Positions 1 to 8,458 of a DNA stretch of 23,107 nucleotides are shown in pieces (the first letter of the stretch is position 1; every line of letters starts with the position of its first letter). The notes under the pieces were generated by a model, which was not told the origin of the DNA, did no database searches, and saw nothing but the letters and a program-made list of their open reading frames with translations. Both the position numbers and the translations under genes were made by a program. This stretch comes from a virus, in UHGV virus genome UHGV-1970859; one strand, 5' to 3'.

Positions 1-966
1 GTTTCCTGAAAAAGTGCCAAACTGAACAATATATCCACCTGGTAGCCTGAACCATCCCGAACCAGAAGCGAATGCTCCCATATCCGGTATCTGATTATCT
101 CCTGTGCCCACATCCCTTTTCGCCGCTTCTCCCAAACCAAGGTATGCGAGAAGACCAGCTACATCCTTTCCACTCAAATGAGTCAGCGTCTCATCCAGTG
201 GCTGCTTACCTGACAGCGCATTGTTAATGGTGGTACTGAATTTCGGGTCATTGTTGATAGCTGCGGCAATTTCTTTCAGTGTGTCCAGCGTGTCAGGGGC
301 ACCGTTAATCAGAGCGGTAATAGCGGCCTGTACAAACGCAGTGGTCGCAATCCGCGTGGTGTTATTTCCTGCGGCAGGCGTCGGCGCTTTTGGTTCTCCG
401 GTAAATGTCGGATTATGTTTCTGTGCATACTGGGTATGAGGATCCTGTGCGGCAATGTGGTTTCTCATCTGGTCATCCACATACAGCTTTAATTCCAGGA
501 CTTTATCATCCACGTATTTACGGGTCGCCAGTACCACCGACGGGTCGATTTTCAGCGTGATGGCTTCGGTATTCGTGACAACCAGAATCATGCGGATAGT
601 CTGGGTGCGTCCACTGCCTTCCTGCAACTGCGGTTTGTACGTTTCCGGGCAGTTTGCCACCGCAATGAGTACACCTTCATCATCATAAAGACCAATCTCA
701 CGGATCCAGAATCCTCCCTCGTTTTCAGGGATGATTTGCTCCGCAATAATCTGGCTCTGATTGTTAGGGTCAACACTCAGAAGATTCAGCGGTGCAATGC
801 GTTTCTGGTTAATCAGTTTTGTTTGTGCAGGGTCTGGTGTTGGTAACACACCATTTGCATCACCAACGGCCATTTGCGTCAGATTCAGCTTACTGCCGAG
901 CATCGTCGCGTTAGCCAGTCGTGCCGCGCCCTGATTAGTCAGAATGGCGTAGTATTTCACTGTCAT
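1..966 (-). CDS. H: Tail fibre protein gpH, N-terminal 322 aa; gene continues past the left window edge
   Basis: Not in the ORF track because it has no in-window stop. Own translation of the minus strand from ATG at 966-964 (ATGA overlap with the gpI stop) is open to position 1: [20 protein letters not shown]...[41 protein letters not shown], matching the conserved P2 gpH N-terminal domain. Position right after I matches P2. Confidence 0.8.
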   Translation of the reverse strand, partial: MTVKYYAILTNQGAARLANATMLGSKLNLTQMAVGDANGVLPTPDPAQTKLINQKRIAPLNLLSVDPNNQSQIIAEQIIPENEGGFWIREIGLYDDEGVLIAVANCPETYKPQLQEGSGRTQTIRMILVVTNTEAITLKIDPSVVLATRKYVDDKVLELKLYVDDQMRNHIAAQDPHTQYAQKHNPTFTGEPKAPTPAAGNNTTRIATTAFVQAAITALINGAPDTLDTLKEIAAAINNDPKFSTTINNALSGKQPLDETLTHLSGKDVAGLLAYLGLGEAAKRDVGTGDNQIPDMGAFASGSGWFRLPGGYIVQFGTFSGN

Positions 967-1571
967 GCGTTTACTCTCAGATTATCAATTAAATGAATGG
1001 CCGGGGCAGGGAAATAATCCCCTTCGACAATAATGGACTCCGGGGTGTAGGGATAAACCGTCAGGGCATCGCCGTGATAGCATCCCGTACCAACGAAAAT
1101 CTTTCCGTTCACACTCAGGCTGATCGCCAGCCCCGTCAGATGGCGACTTACTGGTTTTGCATCCGCAATAAGGCGCTCAAGTTCCTGATACATTTCATCG
1201 GTGATGCCCTGATCAAGTACTCCGACAACAATGCGAAATGTTCCCGGCTCCTCGTTGAGTTGCCACCACTCCTTTACTTCAATCAGGTAGCCGAGAGGCT
1301 CCACGGCTCTTCGCAGTGCGCTGATGGTCCCTTTGTGTCGGTGTATCAGCCATGCATCACGAATCACCTGTCGCTTTGTCTCTTCCGGCCAGTTGCGATC
1401 CCAGCGGTCAACGGAAAACGCCCAGGCGAGATAAGGCAGCAGATGCACCGGGCAGGTGTCCGGCGACCACAGCGTGTTGAGGTCTACCGGAATGTCTGTA
1501 ATGCGTGTTCCGACGGCTTCGGCACAACGCATGAAATTGCTGGCTGATGGTGGTAACAACGAATTACTCAT
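963..1571 (-). CDS. I: Baseplate assembly protein gpI
   Basis: Track ORF 963..1604. Likely start is the internal ATG at 1571 ([11 protein letters not shown]...), overlapping the J stop. Conserved [25 protein letters not shown] and [13 protein letters not shown] resemble P2 gpI. Confidence 0.85.
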   Translation of the reverse strand: MSNSLLPPSASNFMRCAEAVGTRITDIPVDLNTLWSPDTCPVHLLPYLAWAFSVDRWDRNWPEETKRQVIRDAWLIHRHKGTISALRRAVEPLGYLIEVKEWWQLNEEPGTFRIVVGVLDQGITDEMYQELERLIADAKPVSRHLTGLAISLSVNGKIFVGTGCYHGDALTVYPYTPESIIVEGDYFPAPAIHLIDNLRVNA

Positions 1572-2460
1572 TGCGTCCACCTTCGCTGATGGTGAATGAC
1601 TCACAGCGCGCCGCCTGTATGTCGCTGATGGCCATATTCTGTGTGGGTTCGATTATCTCCACGCGTTGCACACCGTGCACATGCAGTGCGGCAGCAATGG
1701 CGGACAACGCCACGTCCTGACCGATAAGCCCCTGTTCAGCCAGCCACTTCCTGAATGACGATTCCGCCGCGGCCAGAATAGGTTCGGATTCCGGGCCGGG
1801 GTAAAAGTACAGTTTTGCATTCAGCCGCCATGTCACGATTCTGGCGCTCTGTACAGTAAGGCGGTCGGCCACCGGGCGGGTATCCTCTGCATTCAGAACG
1901 GCGCGAACGGTATTAAGCAACGCCTCCGTTGCTGTGCCGTCGCCTTCAGTGGACAGAATGGAAACCGTCACACAGGCCGGAGACGGGCTGATGGCCCGCG
2001 CATCACGCACCAGACCGCTGGCGCTGCGTGCAAAATACTCGTATGCGCCTGACGGGCCTGCAACACTCAGGCCGTCATACGCCCGCTGCGCCCGCAGTCT
2101 CAGCGAGGTGTCGCTCTCCATCACCGCGTCGGTGGTATCCGTTGCCGGAGTGATGGTCAGGCGCTTTGTGTTCATATTGCCCGCGAGGTTGTCCAGGTCT
2201 GTCCCGGCGCTGTGGCTTAACATGCAGGCGCGTGCCCCCTCATTGACCCGCTGGCGTAACAGCATTTCACGAAACGCTGTTGTCTGGGCGATAACGTTCA
2301 GGGGTTCCGATTCCAGCTCCAGCGCGGCGGAGACGGCTTCACGCTGTTCGGCGGGATAAGCCGCAATCATCATGGCCTTTGTGTCAGCCAGAATTGCCTC
2401 AAAGTCAGGCTCCGCGATGATGGCGGGTTCCGGTAACTGGGAAAGGTCAACGGCAGGCAT
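1564..2460 (-). CDS. J: Baseplate assembly protein gpJ
   Basis: 298-aa ORF between W and I. Size and position match P2 gpJ (about 300 aa). Confidence 0.85.
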   Translation of the reverse strand: MPAVDLSQLPEPAIIAEPDFEAILADTKAMMIAAYPAEQREAVSAALELESEPLNVIAQTTAFREMLLRQRVNEGARACMLSHSAGTDLDNLAGNMNTKRLTITPATDTTDAVMESDTSLRLRAQRAYDGLSVAGPSGAYEYFARSASGLVRDARAISPSPACVTVSILSTEGDGTATEALLNTVRAVLNAEDTRPVADRLTVQSARIVTWRLNAKLYFYPGPESEPILAAAESSFRKWLAEQGLIGQDVALSAIAAALHVHGVQRVEIIEPTQNMAISDIQAARCESFTISEGGRNE

Positions 2461-2463
2461 GAT

Positions 2464-2814
2464 TTACTCCCTCAGCGTGATGGTTAATTCAACATTCTGC
2501 ATGGTCTGCATGACAGTGCCCGACAGCGTCACCCCGGCGCGGCCTCCCGCTTTCCAGACAACGTCGATGGCATCCAGGGCAATGCGGGGTTCCCATCGTG
2601 TCAGCGCAATCACGGCAGCACTCATGCATTGCAGACGCGTGGTGTTATTCATGGGTTCGTCAATCAAATCAGGCACAAGGCTGCCATATTCCCGTCGCAT
2701 AACCCGGCTTGCCAGCGGGGTGGTCAGGATGTCCCTGACTGACTGTTTCAGGTGCTCCATATCGTTCAGGTTTCCCGTTCCGTCCGGGTTCATTCCTGTG
2801 TAGCGGGTTGTCAC
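2464..2814 (-). CDS. W: Baseplate protein gpW (GPW/gp25 family)
   Basis: 116 aa, GTG start overlapping the V stop. MTTRYTGMN...VRDILTTPLASRVMRREYGSL resembles P2 gpW MTARYLGMN...RVMRRDYGSL. Confidence 0.9.
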   Translation of the reverse strand: MTTRYTGMNPDGTGNLNDMEHLKQSVRDILTTPLASRVMRREYGSLVPDLIDEPMNNTTRLQCMSAAVIALTRWEPRIALDAIDVVWKAGGRAGVTLSGTVMQTMQNVELTITLRE

Positions 2815-3392
2815 TGCGGGCCTCCTGTCGAATCGCTGCCGCCTTTAACGCCACCGTGCTTATGCGTATGCACGGTAATGCCGTTTGAGGTGAAGTTGCC
2901 GCCGCTGTGCGTGATATTGCCGCTCATCTTTCCCCCTTTTGTGACGTCAAGCGTCGCTGTTCTCAGAAGGTCTGTGCATTCCACGACGGGCGTATCCAGT
3001 GTCACGCTGACGGATGCCTGCAGGGTGGCTGTTTTCATGCCGCTGGCGCTCAGTGCGCCTGCGTCCGCGTCGTAGCGGAACACCGCGCCGTCCGGCGCGC
3101 TGATCACGATTTCTTTCAGGCTTTTGCCGGGGGCCGGACTGGCATCACTCCACAGGCTGCCAATTATCATGGCGGTTTCCGGGTTGCCGCCAATGCAGGC
3201 AATTACCACCTGTTCGCCTGGTGATGGCGGCAGCCACACATTGAAGGCTCCCGCGCGCGTGGTGTTCCAGCGCAGCCAGCCTGTTTCCAGTTCGCCGCTG
3301 CGAACGCGCACGCGCCAGGACTTCTCATCAACTTCAGAGATGATCCCGGTGCGGATGATATTGCTCAGCAGTCGCATGAGTTCTGCGCTCAC
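2811..3392 (-). CDS. V: Baseplate spike/assembly protein gpV
   Basis: 193 aa. NIIRTGII...EVDEKSWRVRV and C-terminal GITVHTHKHGG resemble P2 gpV. GTG start at 3392 is preceded by a GGAGG Shine-Dalgarno and overlaps the S stop. Confidence 0.9.
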   Translation of the reverse strand: MSAELMRLLSNIIRTGIISEVDEKSWRVRVRSGELETGWLRWNTTRAGAFNVWLPPSPGEQVVIACIGGNPETAMIIGSLWSDASPAPGKSLKEIVISAPDGAVFRYDADAGALSASGMKTATLQASVSVTLDTPVVECTDLLRTATLDVTKGGKMSGNITHSGGNFTSNGITVHTHKHGGVKGGSDSTGGPQ

Positions 3393-4033
3393 CGTACAGC
3401 CTCCGCAATCCGGCCCAGCACCGTGTTATAAATCAGGCGTTCATCTGCCTGACTGATGCCCAGCAGCTCACGTACCGGGTAATCGGTGAAAATGCCCGGC
3501 GCAACCTGATCGCGCTCACCGAACTGATGAACGCGTGCAATACGTGCAGCCACGCCGTTGTAACCCACCGTCACACCGGAAGCATCTGCACGGGCTTTCA
3601 GGTAGCGGGCGGTGCGCAGTTTTACGAACATGGGGACGCGCTTTGTGCTGTCCTGGTTGATGCGCCGGGTGCGTATTTCCAGAAAACGGTCGACGTCATC
3701 CCGGTAAAACGTGCGGATATTGTTTTTATCCTCATCCCACCCGGTAATGGTTCGCCCGTATTTCCCCGTGTCGTGATGCCAGTTTTTCAGCGTGCGTGCT
3801 TCGTTATTCCAGATAAAGCGAATGCGTTCCTGTATCCGGGTTACGCGGCGTCTGCGTGGTGTCCATGCGGTCCCGTCCGGCGCTTTCTGTGACCGGATAC
3901 GCGCCTGCTGGGCGCGGCGTAAATCCTGTGCCAGCTTTCTGGCGATGTTATTGATGGCCTGCTGATTCAGGCTGTCGCGGATGGCCTCAAAGGTTTCATC
4001 CACGCGGGTGAATGCCTTATCCATCGCTTTCAC
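3389..4033 (-). CDS. S: Virion morphogenesis / tail completion protein (gpS-like)
   Basis: 214-aa ORF at the P2 S position, with an HQFGE motif typical of the S family. Longer than P2 gpS. Start could be GTG at 4033 or ATG at 4024. Confidence 0.7.
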   Translation of the reverse strand: MKAMDKAFTRVDETFEAIRDSLNQQAINNIARKLAQDLRRAQQARIRSQKAPDGTAWTPRRRRVTRIQERIRFIWNNEARTLKNWHHDTGKYGRTITGWDEDKNNIRTFYRDDVDRFLEIRTRRINQDSTKRVPMFVKLRTARYLKARADASGVTVGYNGVAARIARVHQFGERDQVAPGIFTDYPVRELLGISQADERLIYNTVLGRIAEAVR

Positions 4034-4484
4034 CCCACGTCACATCCTGGAATACATGCGACCAGTCGCCTTCGGAAGATGGCAGGCGTGGTTTTGGCTC
4101 CGGCAGGTGTTCTGCCTGCGGTGTGCCCTGACTGCTGCGCGTGATGCGAACGCGTTCCCGCAGGGGGAGCGTAAACAGGAGATCGGCGCTGTCATCGTCA
4201 TTGATAACGGCGGAGAATTTGATGTCCTGATTACGCTCAGGGTTGAGCAACAACTGTGGCTGATTTTCGGATAACCACGCCAGCAGCGGCAGCGTGAGGT
4301 CGTCCAGCTCCCCGGCGTAATCCATGACAAACATCACCATCTGATAGCGGTAAACAAACGATGGGGTTTCTCCTGTCGTTTCAATGTTGCCGCTCTCCAC
4401 GAAAATGGTGAATTTTTCCGGGTTGGCCTGACACCATCGGCATGAACGGGTCATGGCTTCACGCAGGGAATCAGTTTTCAGCAT
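4017..4484 (-). CDS. R: Tail completion protein gpR
   Basis: 155 aa. MLKTDSLREAM...LPLLAWLSENQP resembles P2 gpR (MLKPDSLRRAL...VLAWLRENQP), same length. Confidence 0.85.
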   Translation of the reverse strand: MLKTDSLREAMTRSCRWCQANPEKFTIFVESGNIETTGETPSFVYRYQMVMFVMDYAGELDDLTLPLLAWLSENQPQLLLNPERNQDIKFSAVINDDDSADLLFTLPLRERVRITRSSQGTPQAEHLPEPKPRLPSSEGDWSHVFQDVTWGESDG

Positions 4485-4791
4485 GGTTGTTGTCCTCGTT
4501 GTTCAGTCGTTGCAGCCTGCGCTGTTCCAGTAATTCAATGGCCCGTTTATCCGCGTTACAGGTTTCCAGTGCATCCAGAAGGCGGTCGCCCCATATACCG
4601 AGATTTCCCCATGTGGGAGTATCAGGGAAGGGGGGAGGCGTTACCGGTATGGTCAGCGTCTGCGGTATAAGCCGGACTGACGGCGCTGGCAGTGGCGCGT
4701 TCTGCGTGCCTGCGCAGCCTGTCAGTAAAACGAGCGTCAGGCAAAGCGTGGGCGCATTCATCTTTTGCAATATCGTTGCGTAGCTGTTCAC
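4471..4791 (-). CDS. Outer-membrane spanin lipoprotein (LysC/Rz1-like)
   Basis: Lipoprotein signal with lipobox LLTGC (MNAPTLCLTLVLLTGCAG), proline-rich mature part. Overlaps the 3' end of the i-spanin gene in another frame, as P2 lysB/lysC do. Start could be at 4791 or 4761. Confidence 0.6.
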   Translation of the reverse strand: MNSYATILQKMNAPTLCLTLVLLTGCAGTQNAPLPAPSVRLIPQTLTIPVTPPPFPDTPTWGNLGIWGDRLLDALETCNADKRAIELLEQRRLQRLNNEDNNHAEN

Positions 4792-5029
4792 GTCTTACCT
4801 CTCCGTCCTGATTGCGTTGCTGATTTTCCACGCGGAGTTGCGCCAGCACCTGCTGCATATCCTGTACCCCGGCGCTGATGATATTCAGGGTGTCGGCGGT
4901 ACTTTTCAGGGTGCTGGCCTGCGCTTCGTTTCTGGCGTTCTCCCGGCCAAGCGACCACGACAGACGCATGGATGTTCCCCATGCGGCAATCAGAAGGAAA
5001 GCGATGCCCAGCGTGGGCCAGAGTTTCAT
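4622..5029 (-). CDS. Inner-membrane spanin (LysB/Rz-like)
   Basis: Internal start MKLWPTLGIAFLLIAAWG gives an N-terminal TM helix followed by a charged coiled-coil-like segment. ATG is coupled (ATGA) to the endolysin stop. The track ORF extends upstream to 5173, which is likely a spurious extension. Confidence 0.6.
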   Translation of the reverse strand: MKLWPTLGIAFLLIAAWGTSMRLSWSLGRENARNEAQASTLKSTADTLNIISAGVQDMQQVLAQLRVENQQRNQDGEVRREQLRNDIAKDECAHALPDARFTDRLRRHAERATASAVSPAYTADADHTGNASPLP

Positions 5030-5418
5030 GCCGGATAGGCTCCGTGTGGTAACTGAAAATGCGGTCCGTCTTTCAGGGTCTTCCAGTCGCCGCCCCATTC
5101 CACCGGAATATTCAGTTCCCGGCTGGCCTGTCTGAATGCTGCTGCGATTTTTTCGTACAGCGGCCATTCCCATGACACCTGGCTGCCGATATAAGCCACA
5201 ACATCCACGGCATGTCCCGTAAGGTGGCGGCTGTTCATGGTCTGGCTCTTACCCGTGGCCACAAGTTGCTTCTGGCGGTAACGACTGCGCAACCCTTCGG
5301 TGATACCAAAATCCACTTCCGAAATTTCCAGTGCCCGTCGGGTCACTTTCACCAGATCAGGATTTACGCCCTGCAAATTCTTTTCGCTCCGGCTGCTGAA
5401 TTTAAATGTGTTGCTCAT
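5026..5418 (-). CDS. Endolysin, peptidase M15 family (zinc D-Ala-D-Ala / L-Ala-D-Glu peptidase-like)
   Basis: 130 aa with SRHLTGHAVDV and DGPHFQLPH motifs (the H/D/H zinc ligand pattern of the VanY/M15 fold). Sits between holin and spanins, with an ATGA overlap with the holin stop. Confidence 0.75.
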   Translation of the reverse strand: MSNTFKFSSRSEKNLQGVNPDLVKVTRRALEISEVDFGITEGLRSRYRQKQLVATGKSQTMNSRHLTGHAVDVVAYIGSQVSWEWPLYEKIAAAFRQASRELNIPVEWGGDWKTLKDGPHFQLPHGAYPA

Positions 5419-5738
5419 TCGTCCTTCTCCTTCACCCTGCGATTAAAGGCTGCAATAACCTTGTCGCGTGCTTTCTCTGCGCCCATAAAACCGATTGATG
5501 CGCCGATAAACGTCACGGCATCTTCAGGAAAACCGAAGAAGCGCAACGACCCGGCCACGGCCATGGCAAGAACGCCGCACGCCAGCGATCCCGTTACGGT
5601 CTGAACCAGTGTTCGTCCGTCATAAAGACTCATCAGCGCGGAAATGCTGACCGCCGCGCCTACTGCATACACCGTTGGCAGGTGGTCAAAGAGCCACGCA
5701 ATAACCTGCTCTGTGATCCCTGTTTGAATGGTGCTCAC
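5415..5738 (-). CDS. Holin (class I-like, three predicted TM segments)
   Basis: In-frame GTG at 5738 is preceded by GGGGGAG. The 107-aa product has three hydrophobic stretches and a charged C-terminal tail (NRRVKEKDE). Position between X and endolysin. The track ORF 5415..5957 upstream part overlaps X and is probably not translated. Confidence 0.6.
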   Translation of the reverse strand: MSTIQTGITEQVIAWLFDHLPTVYAVGAAVSISALMSLYDGRTLVQTVTGSLACGVLAMAVAGSLRFFGFPEDAVTFIGASIGFMGAEKARDKVIAAFNRRVKEKDE

Positions 5739-5740
5739 TG

Positions 5741-5941
5741 CTACTCCCCCCACAACTGAATCATTTCTCGTTTCTTCTTCTCCGGCTCCGGCATCTCCAC
5801 TTCCTGCCCGGCGTCCAGAAATACCTGCTGACAGAGTCCGGGGTTGGCATCCAGCACCTTTTCGGTGACGCCCTGCGTCGTGCCGTAGTACCGGAAACAG
5901 AGCGAATCCACGGTGTCGCCTTCCAGTGCCTTCACTTTCAT
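5741..5941 (-). CDS. X: Tail protein gpX
   Basis: Internal start MKVKALEGDTVDSLCFRYYG...LWGE resembles P2 gpX (MKTFALQGDTLDAICVRYYG...LWE), 66 aa. Confidence 0.85.
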   Translation of the reverse strand: MKVKALEGDTVDSLCFRYYGTTQGVTEKVLDANPGLCQQVFLDAGQEVEMPEPEKKKREMIQLWGE

Positions 5942-6435
5942 CAGCACAACTCCGCAAAGATTCGCGGGCGGCACAGAATGTCAGAGATGGCCCAGCTCAC
6001 ATCGCGCCACAAATCCGATGTCTGTATATCCAGTGCGTCCGCCCGGCGGTCGCCCTTGTCCGTTGTGTCTGCATCACGATAACGCTCCAGAATCAGGGCG
6101 CGCGTGGCGGTATAAACCGCATTGCGCCAGTGCCAGAGATTGACGCTTTCTCCGTTAATTACGGGTGCCGGAACATCGGCCAGCGTCTGATGGCCAGCCG
6201 CCTGCTGTTCCTGCTGCCACGCTTCCAGCTCGCGGGTAACGTGTGCCACGGCCCCGGTGGCGGTATGCAGCAGGCGGGAGGTGGTCACACGTCCCGGCAG
6301 TCGTACCGCCAGACGCAGTTCACGCAGCACAATATCCGGCCAGAATGCACCCGCTGAAATACGGGTATCACCATCATCGGTATCGGTGATGTCGTCCTCT
6401 GCGGGTCCGGGGTTGGTTCTGGCAACCATACTCAT
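5941..6435 (-). CDS. L: Capsid/head completion protein gpL
   Basis: ADVPAPVINGESV and LWRDVSWAISDI resemble P2 gpL. AGGAG Shine-Dalgarno 8 nt upstream of the ATG at 6435. The track start at 6444 is a GTG inside that Shine-Dalgarno. Confidence 0.85.
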   Translation of the reverse strand: MSMVARTNPGPAEDDITDTDDGDTRISAGAFWPDIVLRELRLAVRLPGRVTTSRLLHTATGAVAHVTRELEAWQQEQQAAGHQTLADVPAPVINGESVNLWHWRNAVYTATRALILERYRDADTTDKGDRRADALDIQTSDLWRDVSWAISDILCRPRIFAELC

Positions 6436-6456
6436 GGGGTTCACTCCTGAAAAAAT

Positions 6457-6520
6457 CGGGCGGTGGGTGCGCGGTGTAAACGGTCACGGAGTCAAACCGG
6501 AACACCGCGCACGCCGCCCG
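6457..6520 (-). repeat. Long GC-rich imperfect inverted repeat (stem-loop) in the M-L intergenic region
   Basis: Left arm CGGGCGGTGGGTGCGCGGTGT pairs with right arm ACACCGCGCACGCCGCCCG (9 bp perfect core, imperfect extension) around a loop of about 24 nt. Lies inside the late transcript between M and L. Confidence 0.4.
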
Positions 6521-6536
6521 CTGACGGGGTCAGTCG

Positions 6537-7337
6537 TTAACCGCGCTTCGCCTTCTGCGTCGCGGTGGTTTTTCGTGTTGCAGGCTTCCGCGTTGTCTTT
6601 TTACTTTTGCTGCTTTCGTCCTGCGCCTGCTGTGCGCTGGCGTCTTCTGGTGCGGCTGCGGAATCGGCTTTTTTCAGGGCGCGGGAAAGGGTTGCAATCT
6701 CGCGTTTCACACCTGCGTTCGGGTTCAGGTGCATTGCTTCGCGCAGCAGCTTCAGTGACAGGGCCATGCTGTCCGCATCACTCAGGCCACGGCGGGCAAA
6801 GGCGCACGCTTTGCATAATTTGGCGCGCACTTCGTCCGGCATGTCCTGGTCGGTGACAATCTCCCGGAGGGTGTCCAGTGGTTCGATAAAGGCGGACAAA
6901 TCCGCGTCGGCATCCGTCCCGGCCTGCGTCAGTACCGGATTACAGATTTCTTCGGTCAGTACCGTGGCAGCAGTACGGCCAAAGTTATCCGGCATGATGA
7001 GGTTGTGACGGACCACATACGCGCCGATACGCAGCGCAAGCGGAAGATCGCCACAGTCAATCGCCCACACCATCAGCGTGGCAATCACTTCATCCTGCTG
7101 CCCGCCGTCAGCCTCCAGCGTTCCCTCAATCCAGCCGGAAAAATCCGGCAACAACTCTTTTTTGATGGCGGCTTTCGCGCTTCTGGCCTGTACGCCCTTA
7201 AGCCGGGCCTGTGCCAGACGCAGACGATACAGCACCTCTTCATGCGCGGTACGCGCGGCGTGGTCCACGCCTTCATTCGCCCGGCCTGCGCGCTGTGCCA
7301 TCACGTTCTGCCAGTGTTGCTGTGCAGGAGTAATCAT
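6537..7337 (-). CDS. M: Terminase small (endonuclease) subunit gpM
   Basis: 266 aa. MITPAQQHW, MPDEVRAKL and AGVKREI resemble P2 gpM (MTSPAQRHM, MPDEVRAKL, AGVKKEIERL). Basic C-terminal tail. Confidence 0.9.
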   Translation of the reverse strand: MITPAQQHWQNVMAQRAGRANEGVDHAARTAHEEVLYRLRLAQARLKGVQARSAKAAIKKELLPDFSGWIEGTLEADGGQQDEVIATLMVWAIDCGDLPLALRIGAYVVRHNLIMPDNFGRTAATVLTEEICNPVLTQAGTDADADLSAFIEPLDTLREIVTDQDMPDEVRAKLCKACAFARRGLSDADSMALSLKLLREAMHLNPNAGVKREIATLSRALKKADSAAAPEDASAQQAQDESSKSKKTTRKPATRKTTATQKAKRG

Positions 7338-7354
7338 TTGTTCTCTCCGTTACT

Positions 7355-7373
7355 GGCGGGCATGATGCCCGCC
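7355..7373 (-). terminator. Short GC hairpin after the major capsid gene (partial terminator or mRNA stabiliser)
   Basis: GGCGGGCA-TGA-TGCCCGCC, a perfect 8-bp stem, between the N stop (7383) and the M Shine-Dalgarno/start (7337). No long T tract, so at most an attenuating element. Confidence 0.35.
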
Positions 7374-7382
7374 GTGAGTTGA

Positions 7383-8435
7383 TTAGCTGTCGGCGAACTT
7401 CAGGCCAGTGACCATCGCGCACTTGCCATAGTCTTCAACGACATAAGCGTCATTGATGGACTGGTAGGTGGCAATGCGGTTGTATTCCGGCTCGTCTTTC
7501 ATCAGGCGACGCATTGAACCTTTCTGCCAGTAAATCGACAGGTTGTTGAACGAGGTGATCAGCATCGTTGCATCCGGGAAGAACGGCGCAAGGAACACGC
7601 CCAGCCCGCCAATGGTGCGCGATGACAGGATGAGCTGCCCGGCAAGTAATTCCGCATTGGGATTCTGGCCGCTGATGCTGTTCAGCACGGGCAGACGCAG
7701 CGAGTTAAACAGGTTGCGCCCCATAATCACCACAAGGTCGTCAGCTTCCTTGTGCCATTCATCCAGCAGGGATGAACGCGCGTCCTGTACCAGTGCATCA
7801 GCGTTCGCATACTTACCCGCGTGCGCCACGGTGTTGTCCATGTTGCGGGAGGTCAGCGTCACGTCATTCATAACGCGTTCGCTGGCGTCGGTTCTGATGT
7901 GCTCCAGCCATCCCACGTTAACGTCCTGAAGCAGCTTGTTGGTGCTGAAGTTGGACTCATCCGCGTGAGACGTGCCGTTGAAACCAATCATGATGCGGTC
8001 AAGCGCCACCTGTCGGGCAATCTGTGCGCTGATGCGGGACTGAAAATCAGAATGTGCCGCCCAGGCATCAAGCTGCGGATATGAAATAAACGTGTCGTAG
8101 TTCACCTGTTCGCACTGGTATTTGCGGTTTTTCAGATCAACCACGTTATTCGGGTTACGGCGTTTTGTGCCGTCATAACTGGTATTCGTGCGTGCAATTG
8201 GCCCGGTGGTGTCCGGGAGGATTTTTTCGCCTTTCTGGTCGGTCACGCCGATCACGTTAATTCTTTTCGTAAATTCGGTGCTTTCCTTTGAGGCGTTTTC
8301 AAAACGCTGCTGCACCGAGGGTTCCACGGTAAATCGCGATACCAGTGCGGAAACCGGAATATTATTAAGCGACGCCTGCTGCGCCATATAGCAACCCAGC
8401 TTGTTGCGGGTAATATCTGACATCACCAGATTCAT
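7383..8435 (-). CDS. N: Major capsid protein gpN
   Basis: 350 aa. FTVEPSVQQ, IMIGFNGTS, DLVVIMGRNL and ATMLITSFNNLSIYW resemble P2 gpN. AAGGAG Shine-Dalgarno upstream of the ATG. Confidence 0.95.
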   Translation of the reverse strand: MNLVMSDITRNKLGCYMAQQASLNNIPVSALVSRFTVEPSVQQRFENASKESTEFTKRINVIGVTDQKGEKILPDTTGPIARTNTSYDGTKRRNPNNVVDLKNRKYQCEQVNYDTFISYPQLDAWAAHSDFQSRISAQIARQVALDRIMIGFNGTSHADESNFSTNKLLQDVNVGWLEHIRTDASERVMNDVTLTSRNMDNTVAHAGKYANADALVQDARSSLLDEWHKEADDLVVIMGRNLFNSLRLPVLNSISGQNPNAELLAGQLILSSRTIGGLGVFLAPFFPDATMLITSFNNLSIYWQKGSMRRLMKDEPEYNRIATYQSINDAYVVEDYGKCAMVTGLKFADS

Positions 8436-8458
8436 AAAAAATTTGCTCCTTTGTCTTA

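Noticed and set aside
221-688. Plus-strand ORFs 221..439 and 455..688
   Set aside because: Antisense to the conserved tail fibre (gpH) N-terminal domain, which is open on the minus strand across the whole region.
993-1547. 184-aa plus-strand ORF
   Set aside because: Lies entirely antisense to the gpI gene, which has clear P2 homology. No Shine-Dalgarno and no recognisable motif; typical shadow ORF in GC-rich phage DNA.
1934-2803. Plus-strand ORFs 1934..2359 and 2372..2803
   Set aside because: Antisense to gpJ and gpW; Ala/Arg/Ser-rich low-complexity translations characteristic of spurious frames.
4788-5173. 64-aa ORF 4788..4982 and the N-terminal extension of the 183-aa ORF
   Set aside because: Overlap the endolysin gene or the spanin gene in alternative frames. 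The spanin is better explained by the internal start at 5029 coupled to the endolysin stop.
5415-5957. Full 180-aa extent of the holin ORF
   Set aside because: The upstream 73 codons overlap gpX in another frame and encode an Arg/Gly-rich segment. The holin more plausibly starts at the GTG at 5738 behind a GGGGGAG Shine-Dalgarno.
6257-7008. Plus-strand ORFs 6257..6856 and 6565..7008
   Set aside because: Antisense to gpL and gpM, which have strong homology support; Arg/Ser/Ala-rich composition.
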